Virus record (IMG/VR): IMGVR_UViG_3300048839_000498
Coordinates: 1-24,688 of that record
Source: a virus
Taxonomy: Duplodnaviria > Caudoviricetes
Strand: one strand, 5' to 3'
DNA length: 24,688 nt
The position numbers were made by a program, and so were the translations under genes. Below, piece after piece: positions 8,827-16,733 of the stretch (positions within the stretch are counted from its first letter, which is position 1; each line of letters opens with the position of its first letter). A model generated the notes under the pieces. It was not told the DNA's origin. It was given only the letters and a program-made list of their open reading frames with translations, and made no database searches.

Positions 8827-8954
8827 TAGACGGTGGCCAGTGCTGCGGCGGCCACGAGGGCGAGCGCGCCGAACACGGTTATCAGGCAGCCTGCGCCCAT
8901 GACGCCGCAGCCGACGGCGGTGATAGCGTGGCCGGGGTTCTGGTTGTTGTTCAT
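8826..8954 (-). CDS. Small 42 aa membrane peptide (not in ORF track)
   Basis: MNNNQNPGHAITAVGCGVMGAGCLITVFGALALVAAAALATV; GAGG RBS; TAA overlaps the terS ATG. Confidence 0.65.
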   Translation of the reverse strand: MNNNQNPGHAITAVGCGVMGAGCLITVFGALALVAAAALATV

Positions 8955-8984
8955 GATTGAAACCTCACACGTTTTGTACTTCTT

Positions 8985-9012
8985 AGTATAGCACATCTGG
9001 CGGCTGAGGCAA
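8985..9012 (-). promoter_or_regulatory. Putative sigma70-type promoter of the packaging/head operon
   Basis: TTGCCT (9007-9012), 16 bp spacer, TATACT (8985-8990) with TGn extended -10. Confidence 0.55.
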
Positions 9013-9020
9013 GGGCGCGG

Positions 9021-9455
9021 TTAGGCGTCCAGGAATTGGATGCCCGTGTAATAACGTTTACGGACTCCGTTTTTGCTTTCTCTGTAGTCGTATAATTCTG
9101 GAAAATAGTTTCTGATGGCCATACCAAATACCGCAATTGTTACAGGCCGGACACCTTTGTCCTTCGCCCATTCGGTGTAGGCTTTGTAAAGTTCGCTGCG
9201 CAAAATCATACCTTCGGAATCGATAGTGCATCGTTCTTTAAAAAAGTCGAAGGTGTCGATTTTTGTAACAACTCGATTCTGTGCCAAATATTTGTCGATA
9301 TCTTCAATAGCATATCGGATGCTTTTTTCCCCGATGATAAGGTATGGAAGATTCTGAATTGTTCCTGAGCTTTTCGATTTTCGCCGCCTTGATGCGAGGG
9401 TTTGTTTCGACAATCCCAAGATGTTTGCGGCCTCTTCTTCGGTTACTAACTGCAT
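9021..9455 (-). CDS. Excisionase/AlpA-like HTH fused to a primase C-terminal (D5/P4-type) winged-helix domain
   Basis: N-terminal LVTEEEAANILGLSKQTLASRR...IRYAIEDIDKYL; C-terminal half aligns by eye with the last ~73 aa of the neighbouring primase; AAGGAGG RBS; AT-rich. Confidence 0.8.
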   Translation of the reverse strand: MQLVTEEEAANILGLSKQTLASRRRKSKSSGTIQNLPYLIIGEKSIRYAIEDIDKYLAQNRVVTKIDTFDFFKERCTIDSEGMILRSELYKAYTEWAKDKGVRPVTIAVFGMAIRNYFPELYDYRESKNGVRKRYYTGIQFLDA

Positions 9456-9481
9456 AAAAAAAACCTCCTTTAGTTGAGGTA

Positions 9482-9511
9482 ATTATACATGGACTATGTG
9501 GACGTTGTCAA
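9482..9511 (-). promoter_or_regulatory. Consensus sigma70 promoter of the HTH-wHTH gene
   Basis: TTGACA (9506-9511), 18 bp spacer, TATAAT (9482-9487). Confidence 0.85.
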
Positions 9512-9757
9512 AAACAAAAGGGTCCACGTTGTCCATGCTATCCCTATATCTATCTTATATAGCGTATTACGCTTTTTATAAGTTATAGAAAAAGGTCTGT
9601 ACGAACATGGACCCTTGGACACAGCCTTTATTTATAGGGGTTTTCTGCATGTTCGGGGTCCAAGCAAAACTGGCGTTAGCGCAGACGCCGAAAACCGAAC
9701 TACGAAAAATAAGAAACCCGCCGCGCGGTTGCGGCGGGGGTCCAAGTAGGGGGTCCA
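9489..9757. repeat. Putative replication origin: GTCCA/TGGAC iteron-like repeats around an AT-rich core
   Basis: TGGAC at 9490, 9499, 9608, 9616; GTCCA at 9522, 9531, 9658, 9740, 9753; AT-rich 9541-9595 with palindrome agcgta-t-tacgct (9561-9573); directly downstream of the primase-helicase gene. Confidence 0.65.
9705..9738 (-). terminator. Intrinsic terminator after the primase gene
   Basis: Minus strand CCCGCCGC-AACCGC-GCGGCGGG followed by TTTCTTATTTTT. Confidence 0.7.
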
Positions 9758-9770
9758 TGCTGATAACCGG

Positions 9771-12053
9771 CTACTCCAGCTTGATCCCGGTGTAATACCG
9801 CGTCCGCGCGCCGTAGTTTTTGGCCCGGTAATCGTCAATTTCGGCGCAGGCCGCGCGCAGTTGCTGGCCGAATTTTGCCTTTCCGTATGGGCGTGTGAGC
9901 CCCTCGTCGGTGGCCCATTCGAGATAAGCGGCATAGAGCGCGTCGCGCGCCACGGTGGCCTGCGGGTCGAGCGTGCAGCGGTCTTCAATAAACGCGGTAA
10001 TCGGTGCCGACACTGCGCGGAACCCGGCAAGGATAGCGCGTGACTCGGCTGGTTCAGTAAACCGCCCTTGGGTGGTGAGCCGTTGCAGGCCGTCCAGCGC
10101 CCAGTTAAGGATGCCGGGTAGTTCCCGCCGTATTTTGGACTCCAGGAAGCGGTCCTCGCGCCCGAGGTGTGATTGGGTGGTTTGCAGCATGAGCAGGCGG
10201 CCCAAAAGCGCGCCCGAGGCGTCTGTGAGGTTCGGCAGTTCGTTCGATACCATCTGAATTTTGAGGGGGATGTGGCCCGTCCAGTCCGGCTTATAGAGCC
10301 GCCGGACGGTTTGTTTATCGCCGCCCGACAGGGATAGCAGGCGTTCCACGATGGAGGCTTGATCGTTCCTCCGTCCCAGCCGCGCGTCGGCGATTATGGC
10401 GAGGCGCATGTCTATGAGCACTTGCCCGCCGCGCGCGTCCCCGAGGCTGCCGAGGGTGGGGTTGCAGGTGCTGTCCGGCCCCATGAGTGCTTCGAGGGTG
10501 CGCGATATGACACCTTTGCCTGAGCGCTGCGGTCCTATTATCCAGAGCATTTTGTGGTGTGACATATCGCGTGACAGGCAATAGCCGAACCACTCGCCTA
10601 GAAGGAGGGCGCAGTCTGCGCCGCTGTCACCCGGCCACGTGCGGGTGAGGAAGTCCACCCACGTTTCCGGGCTGTCCGCGTCCGGCGAATAGGCGAACGG
10701 CAGTGTTGAGGTTACGAAGAGCGCCGGGGTGTGCGGGATAAACTCGCGGCTGCTGTCGAGCCGTAGCAGGCCGTTGCGCACGGAGATCCATTCCGAGGCG
10801 GAGGGGCGCGGTGTGCCGTCCATCCAGAACGGTGCTTCCTGCCGGGCGGGTAGCATGCAGAGGCCGCGTAGCTGTGACATAACGTCGCGTAGTAGGCCGT
10901 CCTTCAGGATGCAGCGGACTGTTTTAAGTTTATCCGAGTCGTTGTAGTAGTGCCAGCGTGACAGGGTTTCCGAGAGTTGCCGGTGTAGGGCTTCCACGTC
11001 CAGCACGCGGTAGTGTGTGCGGTCGTAGATGTACCAGTCGCCGCGCCAGTAGCGGAGGGTCCTCCCAGGGTGCGTTTCTGAATTGAATTTTTCTGCGAGG
11101 TCGCGGGGCGACGGCGTCACCACGTAGTTCGGCTGGTCCGGGTCACCCGTTGAGTTGCTTGCCCCGCGCGGCGGCACGTCCGTCGGTATCTGCGGTGGTC
11201 CCGCGGTGCCGGTGCGCGGCGCGTCACGCCCGGCGCGTGGCGGTGGCACCGGCACCGGTTTCTGTCGCCCTGCGGTAATACCGGATTTCAGGGTAGCATG
11301 TGACTCGCGTTCCGGCAGGCCAGCGGCCACGGCGGCGGGTAGCAGCGCGTTAATGATTTCGCCGTCCGTGAGTTCGGTTAGGCGTGCGAGGGAGTAGGCT
11401 TCGCGGTTCAGCGTGGCGTTGCGTTCGCCTTCGGGCGCGGTGGTAACGGTTGCAGCCGCCCGTTGCAAGGCGGCGGCTACGTAGCCAGAACCCGGCGTGG
11501 TTGCAGGTAGCGGTAGCTGTGGCGCGGCGGTGTTGAGTTTGGCGGGCGGCGTGTTGATGGCGTCGATCACCCACTGCGGGAGGTCGGCCAGTTCGATTTC
11601 ATCTGGGGCGCGTCCCGGCATCCACTCATAGAGTGCGCCGGTATCAGCGTGAACGCTGCCCGGCGCCACGACTTGCCCGCCCTCGCCCCGCGTGTCGGTA
11701 GAGGCGTGGATATGCCGCGCGGTGTTGCCTACTCTCATCTTGGGCGTGCCCGGCGGCACGCGGTAGTACAGATGCACCCCGCCTCCGCCGGTTTGTGCCG
11801 TGATGGTAGGCGGCAGTCCCGGTGGCGCATCGCCGTCGCAGTCTACTACGAGCAGGCCGTTGCCGGTGCGGATGCCGATGTTCCCGTCGGCGTCGAGCCA
11901 TGCTTGGGCTTCATCGGCGGTGATGCCGGGCCGTTTTTGCCAGTCGCGCGCGATGGGCCGCTTGCCGGGTGATGGTCCTTTGTCTGCCGGGCCGGACAGT
12001 TTAATAAGCGGCCACCCGAACCGGATGGCCGCCTGAATCGCGTCGGTGGTCAT
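9771..12053 (-). CDS. Bifunctional primase-polymerase fused to a D5/P4-family SF3 helicase
   Basis: Prim-pol motifs NIGIRTG, LVVDCD, TGGGGVHLYY and DTRGEGGQVVAPGSVH; PriCT-like GERNATLN; Walker A GPQRSGKG; MVSNELP; C-terminal wHTH. Confidence 0.92.
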   Translation of the reverse strand: MTTDAIQAAIRFGWPLIKLSGPADKGPSPGKRPIARDWQKRPGITADEAQAWLDADGNIGIRTGNGLLVVDCDGDAPPGLPPTITAQTGGGGVHLYYRVPPGTPKMRVGNTARHIHASTDTRGEGGQVVAPGSVHADTGALYEWMPGRAPDEIELADLPQWVIDAINTPPAKLNTAAPQLPLPATTPGSGYVAAALQRAAATVTTAPEGERNATLNREAYSLARLTELTDGEIINALLPAAVAAGLPERESHATLKSGITAGRQKPVPVPPPRAGRDAPRTGTAGPPQIPTDVPPRGASNSTGDPDQPNYVVTPSPRDLAEKFNSETHPGRTLRYWRGDWYIYDRTHYRVLDVEALHRQLSETLSRWHYYNDSDKLKTVRCILKDGLLRDVMSQLRGLCMLPARQEAPFWMDGTPRPSASEWISVRNGLLRLDSSREFIPHTPALFVTSTLPFAYSPDADSPETWVDFLTRTWPGDSGADCALLLGEWFGYCLSRDMSHHKMLWIIGPQRSGKGVISRTLEALMGPDSTCNPTLGSLGDARGGQVLIDMRLAIIADARLGRRNDQASIVERLLSLSGGDKQTVRRLYKPDWTGHIPLKIQMVSNELPNLTDASGALLGRLLMLQTTQSHLGREDRFLESKIRRELPGILNWALDGLQRLTTQGRFTEPAESRAILAGFRAVSAPITAFIEDRCTLDPQATVARDALYAAYLEWATDEGLTRPYGKAKFGQQLRAACAEIDDYRAKNYGARTRYYTGIKLE

Positions 12054-13198
12054 GCAAAGAGTTCCTGTTGTGCTGGTGCGTTGATACGGTGTGTAGCGAT
12101 CTCGAAATAGCCGGGGTCGCGCTCAATGCCGATAAATGAAAGGTCAAGGATCTGGCACGCCCTGCCGGTTGAGCCTGAACCCATAAATGGGTCCAGTACT
12201 GTTCCGCCGGGCGGCGTCACGAGTCGGCACAGATACACCATAAGGTCGGTCGGCTTCACGGTCGGGTGGTGGTTGCGATTGTTGGCTAGATCTTGATTTG
12301 GCTGTCCGCCTATACCGTTTCCCATTGTTTGGCGCGCTTTTTCCTCTAACCCGTGGCATCCTGTGTCCCTGTCCAGCTTGCTCGCTTTTGGCGTGTAGAA
12401 GTAGCGCGCTGCGTCGCCCATGCCTTGGGTGGCTTCGTCGCTGCCGTCGTGTATCAGGTTCGCGGGCCAGCGGCTAGATAATGAGTTCGGGCCATGAAAA
12501 GTTTCGCCTGATGTACTTCGGCCTGCGTTTTTATGACCAAGACATTTTCCATTTTCGTCGCGATTATTACACTGTGTTCCACCTCCAGAACTTCCAACCC
12601 TGCTCGCGTCGATATTCAGCGCGCCGGTACAGTGCTGAAGTACGTTGGTCGCGACGGTGCCGGGAAACGGCTTGCGTGCCAACGTTATCGGCTCCACGGC
12701 GGGCTTCAGCGCGGTTCCCCAGCCTTGCCATTGCTGCGCTGCTGGGGTGGCTGGAGTGGTGAGTGCACCATTCCCAAAGCTGTTAGGCCCACGATTATTA
12801 AAGGTTCCGCTTTTGAAATTGACGGGTGGCAGAGTGGCTTCCTGTAACACTTCCCGCTCCGCTCCCGCCGCCTTGTCAATCGCTTTCGACACGTCTAGCG
12901 ACTTCGGGAAGCCAGAACCATACACCCACATAATCATGTCGCGGATCTCGAAGCCCGCGTCTTCAATCCGGCACGCCATGCGGTGCTGCGTCCGCGTGCC
13001 AGCGAAGGCCAGCAAGTGCCCGCCCGGCTTCAACACGCGCAGGCACTCAGCCCACACTTCTACGCTGGGCACGTCGTAATCCCATTTCTTCCCCATGAAC
13101 GCGAGGCCATACGGCGGGTCTGTTACTACGGCGTCAACACTTGAATTTGGAAAAGTCTTCAGAACATCGAGGCAGTCCCCGAGTCGCAGATCTATCAC
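12050..13198 (-). CDS. DNA N6-adenine/N4-cytosine methyltransferase (beta class)
   Basis: VTDPPY near the N-terminus; HPTVKP and VLDPFMGSGST near the C-terminus; GTG start at 13196-13198 overlapping the upstream stop. Confidence 0.93.
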   Translation of the reverse strand: MIDLRLGDCLDVLKTFPNSSVDAVVTDPPYGLAFMGKKWDYDVPSVEVWAECLRVLKPGGHLLAFAGTRTQHRMACRIEDAGFEIRDMIMWVYGSGFPKSLDVSKAIDKAAGAEREVLQEATLPPVNFKSGTFNNRGPNSFGNGALTTPATPAAQQWQGWGTALKPAVEPITLARKPFPGTVATNVLQHCTGALNIDASRVGSSGGGTQCNNRDENGKCLGHKNAGRSTSGETFHGPNSLSSRWPANLIHDGSDEATQGMGDAARYFYTPKASKLDRDTGCHGLEEKARQTMGNGIGGQPNQDLANNRNHHPTVKPTDLMVYLCRLVTPPGGTVLDPFMGSGSTGRACQILDLSFIGIERDPGYFEIATHRINAPAQQELFA

Positions 13199-13458
13199 TG
13201 CCCGCCTCCGTTCGCGCGGCGCTGCGCTTCGGCGGCGTCGATAGCCAGCACGCCGCGCAGCGCGACGTTGGCGGTGTCCATGAGTTCTTGCCGGACGCGC
13301 CACGACTCGTTGCGCCGGATGGCCTCGATAACTTCATAGTACTCTTCGGTGAGCGCGCCCAGCACGGCCATGCTGTTGTCGAGCGCGCCGTGCTTGGTGT
13401 GCGCGCGGTTGATGAGGAAATTGAGATCGTCGATGATGCGCGGGGTGAGGGCGTTCAT
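13195..13458 (-). CDS. MazG-like nucleotide pyrophosphohydrolase domain protein
   Basis: LTEEYYEVIEAI...VRQELMDTANVAL matches the ExxE...ExxD all-alpha NTP-PPase pattern. Confidence 0.65.
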   Translation of the reverse strand: MNALTPRIIDDLNFLINRAHTKHGALDNSMAVLGALTEEYYEVIEAIRRNESWRVRQELMDTANVALRGVLAIDAAEAQRRANGGGQ

Positions 13459-13799
13459 TCCGACACCCCCACACTACGGCTGTACGTGGCGCAGCGCGCG
13501 CCGTGCGAGCCGGTTAGTGCTTCGTCACGTATCGGCACATAGACGGCGTCCCCGGCCTCCGCAAGGCTCGCGGCCCGGCGCGTTACACTGGGCGTTGGTG
13601 TGCCGAGATACTGGCGCAGTTCTCTGGGTGTCTTGAAATATAGCGGGCCTAGCTGTTCCTCGCGCCAGCCGCTGCCACGTTCTTGACGGCGAGCGCGTGC
13701 TTTGACGTTTGCGGATGCGGCGGCGCAGTCGCGGGAACAATACCGTTGCCGGCCACACGCGGGCTGAAACGGGTTGTTGCAGTGCTTGCAGAGTTTCAT
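13455..13799 (-). CDS. Hypothetical protein with N-terminal zinc finger
   Basis: CKHCNNPFQP...QRYCSRDC; ATGA overlaps at both ends. Confidence 0.65.
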   Translation of the reverse strand: MKLCKHCNNPFQPACGRQRYCSRDCAAASANVKARARRQERGSGWREEQLGPLYFKTPRELRQYLGTPTPSVTRRAASLAEAGDAVYVPIRDEALTGSHGARCATYSRSVGVSE

Positions 13800-14032
13800 G
13801 ATTCAAACGCCCTCATGAGTTTAGGTATCGCTTCTAAGCATGCCTTCCGCGTCTTGCGGTGCGCGCAGATAGTCGCATCATCGTGGAAAATGTCGAGCAT
13901 CCAGCCGGTGACAGCGCCGTCGTACGTGCGGTGCTTGTAGACTTCGATATAGACGCCGTCGCGGTCCAGCGAGTATGAATCCGTGATGTATTCGTCGCGC
14001 GCGAAGTCGCGGATGGTTAGGTCCCAGTTCAT
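13796..14032 (-). CDS. Hypothetical protein (78 aa)
   Basis: MNWDLTIRDFARDEY...; ATG at 14030-14032 overlapping the upstream stop, GGAG RBS. Confidence 0.6.
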   Translation of the reverse strand: MNWDLTIRDFARDEYITDSYSLDRDGVYIEVYKHRTYDGAVTGWMLDIFHDDATICAHRKTRKACLEAIPKLMRAFES

Positions 14033-14244
14033 GGCTTCTCCTCCGCGTGCCGGTGCGCGGCCCGCTTGGCGTCGGCGAGGCGGCGCGGCTCTGTGTATTT
14101 TGGCGTGACGAGTATGTTGCCGACACAAACAACCCAGCCGCCAGGAAAGAATCCAGCGGTACGTTTGTATATAGTACAGGTGTGCCCGTTTATCACTTTG
14201 AAGTATTCGCCATCTTCGCGCTTCCATCCCGTCGTGTCGCTCAT
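14029..14244 (-). CDS. Hypothetical protein (71 aa)
   Basis: ATGA overlaps at both ends; purine-rich RBS. Confidence 0.6.
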   Translation of the reverse strand: MSDTTGWKREDGEYFKVINGHTCTIYKRTAGFFPGGWVVCVGNILVTPKYTEPRRLADAKRAAHRHAEEKP

Positions 14245-15062
14245 GTCTTCCCCTCCGTGATGGCCTTAGCGCGGGTGTGGAGGCACTTTAATACACTCCA
14301 CTTTTCGAGTTCTTCGGACCACTCATTGAAATCGGCGAGCTTGTCCCTCATGGGTTTTTCATCCGGCTCCAGCAGCGCGAGCACTTCGTCCAGCCTGCGG
14401 CGGAGGTCGGCGGCCTCATCCATCAAGTCATCCCGCTCGCTGGTTACTTCATCAAGCTCGGAGCACAGCGCGGAAATATCAACCGGCGCGCCGTCCATGT
14501 TCATATACCGAGCCATGGCATTATGCGCCTCGGTGACGTTCGCGGCTTTAACCCGGTTCTCTTCGGCTGTGTGCCTCGCGTTATCCCGCTGCCTGATCGC
14601 CTCTGTGATGGCACGCTCGCGGGCTTCCAGGACAGCCTTCACGCGGGCGAGTTCTTCATCGCTGCGATCAAGGTCCGCAAGCACCTGCTCGTAAGCCGTC
14701 GCGACATCGGCGTGCGCGGCGTTGGCGGCGGCGAGTTCAACCTCTAGCACATTCACGCGCTTTTCAGCCTCCGCGCGGCCTTCGGACACTATTTCGTCGC
14801 GCCTGTTGGCCTTGGCGAGTTCGGCGCGGAGGTCCTCTATATCCATTGCTTGTTGCGCCAGCTCGGGAACTTCCGCCATTATTCGTGATCTTTCGTTAGC
14901 GAGCTTACCTTCCAGTTCCGCGATGCGCGCCTCGTAGGCGTCGCAGTCGGCGTTGAGTTTGCGCCGAAGCGAGTCCGCCTCTTTGTGGCTTTGTAGCCGG
15001 TATTCATCGCCATCGGAGTTGCACAGGATGGCGGAGTACGTGTCTTTCAATCCCCAGTTCAT
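14241..15062 (-). CDS. Coiled-coil hypothetical protein
   Basis: 273 aa with heptad repeats (EARIAELEGKLA, LRAELAKA). Confidence 0.7.
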   Translation of the reverse strand: MNWGLKDTYSAILCNSDGDEYRLQSHKEADSLRRKLNADCDAYEARIAELEGKLANERSRIMAEVPELAQQAMDIEDLRAELAKANRRDEIVSEGRAEAEKRVNVLEVELAAANAAHADVATAYEQVLADLDRSDEELARVKAVLEARERAITEAIRQRDNARHTAEENRVKAANVTEAHNAMARYMNMDGAPVDISALCSELDEVTSERDDLMDEAADLRRRLDEVLALLEPDEKPMRDKLADFNEWSEELEKWSVLKCLHTRAKAITEGKT

Positions 15063-15063
15063 A

Positions 15064-15183
15064 TCATCGTCCTCTCTTCGGTTTGCGCACAGCGGCGCGG
15101 CTGAGTCTGTTGGTTCGCTGGTGCCTGTTGTTGTCCTGGATGGCGTGCCACAGGCGGCGCAGGAAGGCGGCGAGGCAGGTCAT
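15064..15183 (-). CDS. Small basic hypothetical protein (39 aa, not in ORF track)
   Basis: MTCLAAFLRRLWHAIQDNNRHQRTNRLSRAAVRKPKRGR; fills the gap with an ATGA overlap. Confidence 0.45.
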   Translation of the reverse strand: MTCLAAFLRRLWHAIQDNNRHQRTNRLSRAAVRKPKRGR

Positions 15184-15383
15184 GGGCGGGTAATTTCACA
15201 GAGTTCGTCGAGTGACACGTAAAGCGCACGCGCAATTTTGATTAAGTTCTTCACAGATGGCACACGCCTTCCACGCTCGAAATGGTTGATAGCGGCAGGT
15301 TGAAGCCCACAGGCTTTTGCAAGATCGCTCTGCGTCATCCCTTGCCGCTCCCGCTCTTCTCGAATATTATTGGCGATGCTCAT
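15180..15383 (-). CDS. XRE-family helix-turn-helix regulator
   Basis: MSIANNIREERERQGMTQSDLAKACGLQPAAINHFERGRRVPSVKNLIKIARALYVSLDEL; GGAGGT RBS before the ATG at 15381-15383. Confidence 0.9.
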   Translation of the reverse strand: MSIANNIREERERQGMTQSDLAKACGLQPAAINHFERGRRVPSVKNLIKIARALYVSLDELCEITRP

Positions 15384-15825
15384 AGATCCACACCTCCACG
15401 TCGCAGTCCAGCCCGCCCAAGTGCTTCTCGTACAGCGGCCAGACGTCGGTCCAGTCCAGCCCGCCGCAGCCGCAGCCGAGTTGTGGGATGGCGATGGATG
15501 TAATATCGCGGACGGCAAATTCTGAGGCTAATTCAAACAGGCAAGAATTCACCCATTCAACTTTTGACGGATCGCGCCAATGTTTTTTGGTAGCGGCCAA
15601 AATAACGTACCTCTCATGGGCGCACCAGTGGCGTGTTTCGCCCGGATCTATTTTGCTCACGCCTACTGATCGGCATAAGCTCGCGTACCACTCGAACATT
15701 CCCGGCCATCGCCGCTTAAACTCCAGCGCTAGCCCCTTGCCCATGACGCCGACGCAGTTCACGGGGCAGACGAGGACCTGGGCGGTGCTGTCGAAGATGC
15801 TGCCGTGTTTAAGAGTGATGGGCAT
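15367..15825 (-). CDS. Macrodomain protein, DarG/TARG1-like ADP-ribosyl glycohydrolase
   Basis: VNCVGVMGKGLALEFK, ATKKHWRDPS and SIAIPQLGCGCGGLDW motifs. Confidence 0.88.
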   Translation of the reverse strand: MPITLKHGSIFDSTAQVLVCPVNCVGVMGKGLALEFKRRWPGMFEWYASLCRSVGVSKIDPGETRHWCAHERYVILAATKKHWRDPSKVEWVNSCLFELASEFAVRDITSIAIPQLGCGCGGLDWTDVWPLYEKHLGGLDCDVEVWIYEHRQ

Positions 15826-16030
15826 CGGTAACTTCCTTCATAGTTATGTGCCATTTCTTTCCGGTTTCGCGGCATGTTATTGTCTGCTCGTATCCTCCCC
15901 ACATATCAATGGCGGCACGGTAGAATTCTTGGGTTTTATCCTCCCAATCCAGAAACGAAGTTCCAGCTTTATTGACTCGGCCTACTTGAATGCGCTCAGT
16001 GAGTGACGACATCTGAAGTCCGTATTTCAT
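15809..16030 (-). CDS. Hypothetical protein (73 aa)
   Basis: Overlap-coupled ORF in the accessory gene run. Confidence 0.6.
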   Translation of the reverse strand: MKYGLQMSSLTERIQVGRVNKAGTSFLDWEDKTQEFYRAAIDMWGGYEQTITCRETGKKWHITMKEVTDAHHS

Positions 16031-16395
16031 CCCTCACCCCTCCATAGCGCCGCCGTAGCGTGCGCGAGTTTCTGGCACTCCGCGAGCGTCGGGCGGGTGG
16101 CGCAGTAGAGTGCGCCGAACGTTCTAAGTTCGTAGCACTCTTCACACTCACGACACTCAAATTGGTGTTTGCCTATGACCTTCGAGTGGCATTTATAGTC
16201 CCTTACCCACCCCTCCAACTCCGGGTCCGCTTCCGGCTCCAGCGCGGCCAGCGCGGCGCGCAGTATTTCTATGCGGCGGTTCTGGCAGGCAACACCCTCC
16301 ATCTCCCACCGGCACCTGTATTGGTCCGGCGGATACTCTAGGTTGTAGTACGCGCGCGCGGCACGCTCGATCTGTTCGTCGGTGTAGGTGGTCAT
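16027..16395 (-). CDS. Hypothetical protein (122 aa)
   Basis: MTTYTDEQIERAARAYY...; ATGA overlaps. Confidence 0.65.
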   Translation of the reverse strand: MTTYTDEQIERAARAYYNLEYPPDQYRCRWEMEGVACQNRRIEILRAALAALEPEADPELEGWVRDYKCHSKVIGKHQFECRECEECYELRTFGALYCATRPTLAECQKLAHATAALWRGEG

Positions 16396-16733
16396 AACGT
16401 GGCCTCCGCCAGCGGCACGAGGCGGACAGGCTGGATAAGGGTTTCGTCATTGATGTGGTTGTAAAAACGATCTGGTCCAAGTGAAAGAATGGTATCCATG
16501 TCCTTTATGTGCAGTGAACCATTGGTAATGAATAGCAGGTCGTTCCCGTCCATCTGGAATGCCTGCACCTTGCCCCCGTCCGGCACGGCCACCAGCACGG
16601 TAGCGGCGGCGAGGCGGTCGGCCCAGGTTCTGATTTTTTGAGCCGCATCCGGTCCTTCGTACATCGGCCCGTAGGTCAAGTTATCTTCTAAAAAGTCTGC
16701 TGTTTCTCGCATCTCTTCGATGATGTTGCTCAT
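16392..16733 (-). CDS. Hypothetical protein (113 aa)
   Basis: Overlap-coupled ORF. Confidence 0.6.
   Translation of the reverse strand: MSNIIEEMRETADFLEDNLTYGPMYEGPDAAQKIRTWADRLAAATVLVAVPDGGKVQAFQMDGNDLLFITNGSLHIKDMDTILSLGPDRFYNHINDETLIQPVRLVPLAEATL

Noticed and set aside
9489-9757. CRISPR array or tRNA in the intergenic region
   Set aside because: Repeats are only 5-9 bp and irregularly spaced; no cloverleaf or T-loop consensus seen
9576-10030. Short ORFs across the origin region (9576-9758, 9607-9795, 9632-10030)
   Set aside because: They overlap a terminator, repeats and the primase end; no coding-like composition or motifs
15180-15383. Immunity repressor of a lysogeny switch
   Set aside because: Short HTH only, mid-operon, with no divergent promoter region, peptidase domain or integrase nearby
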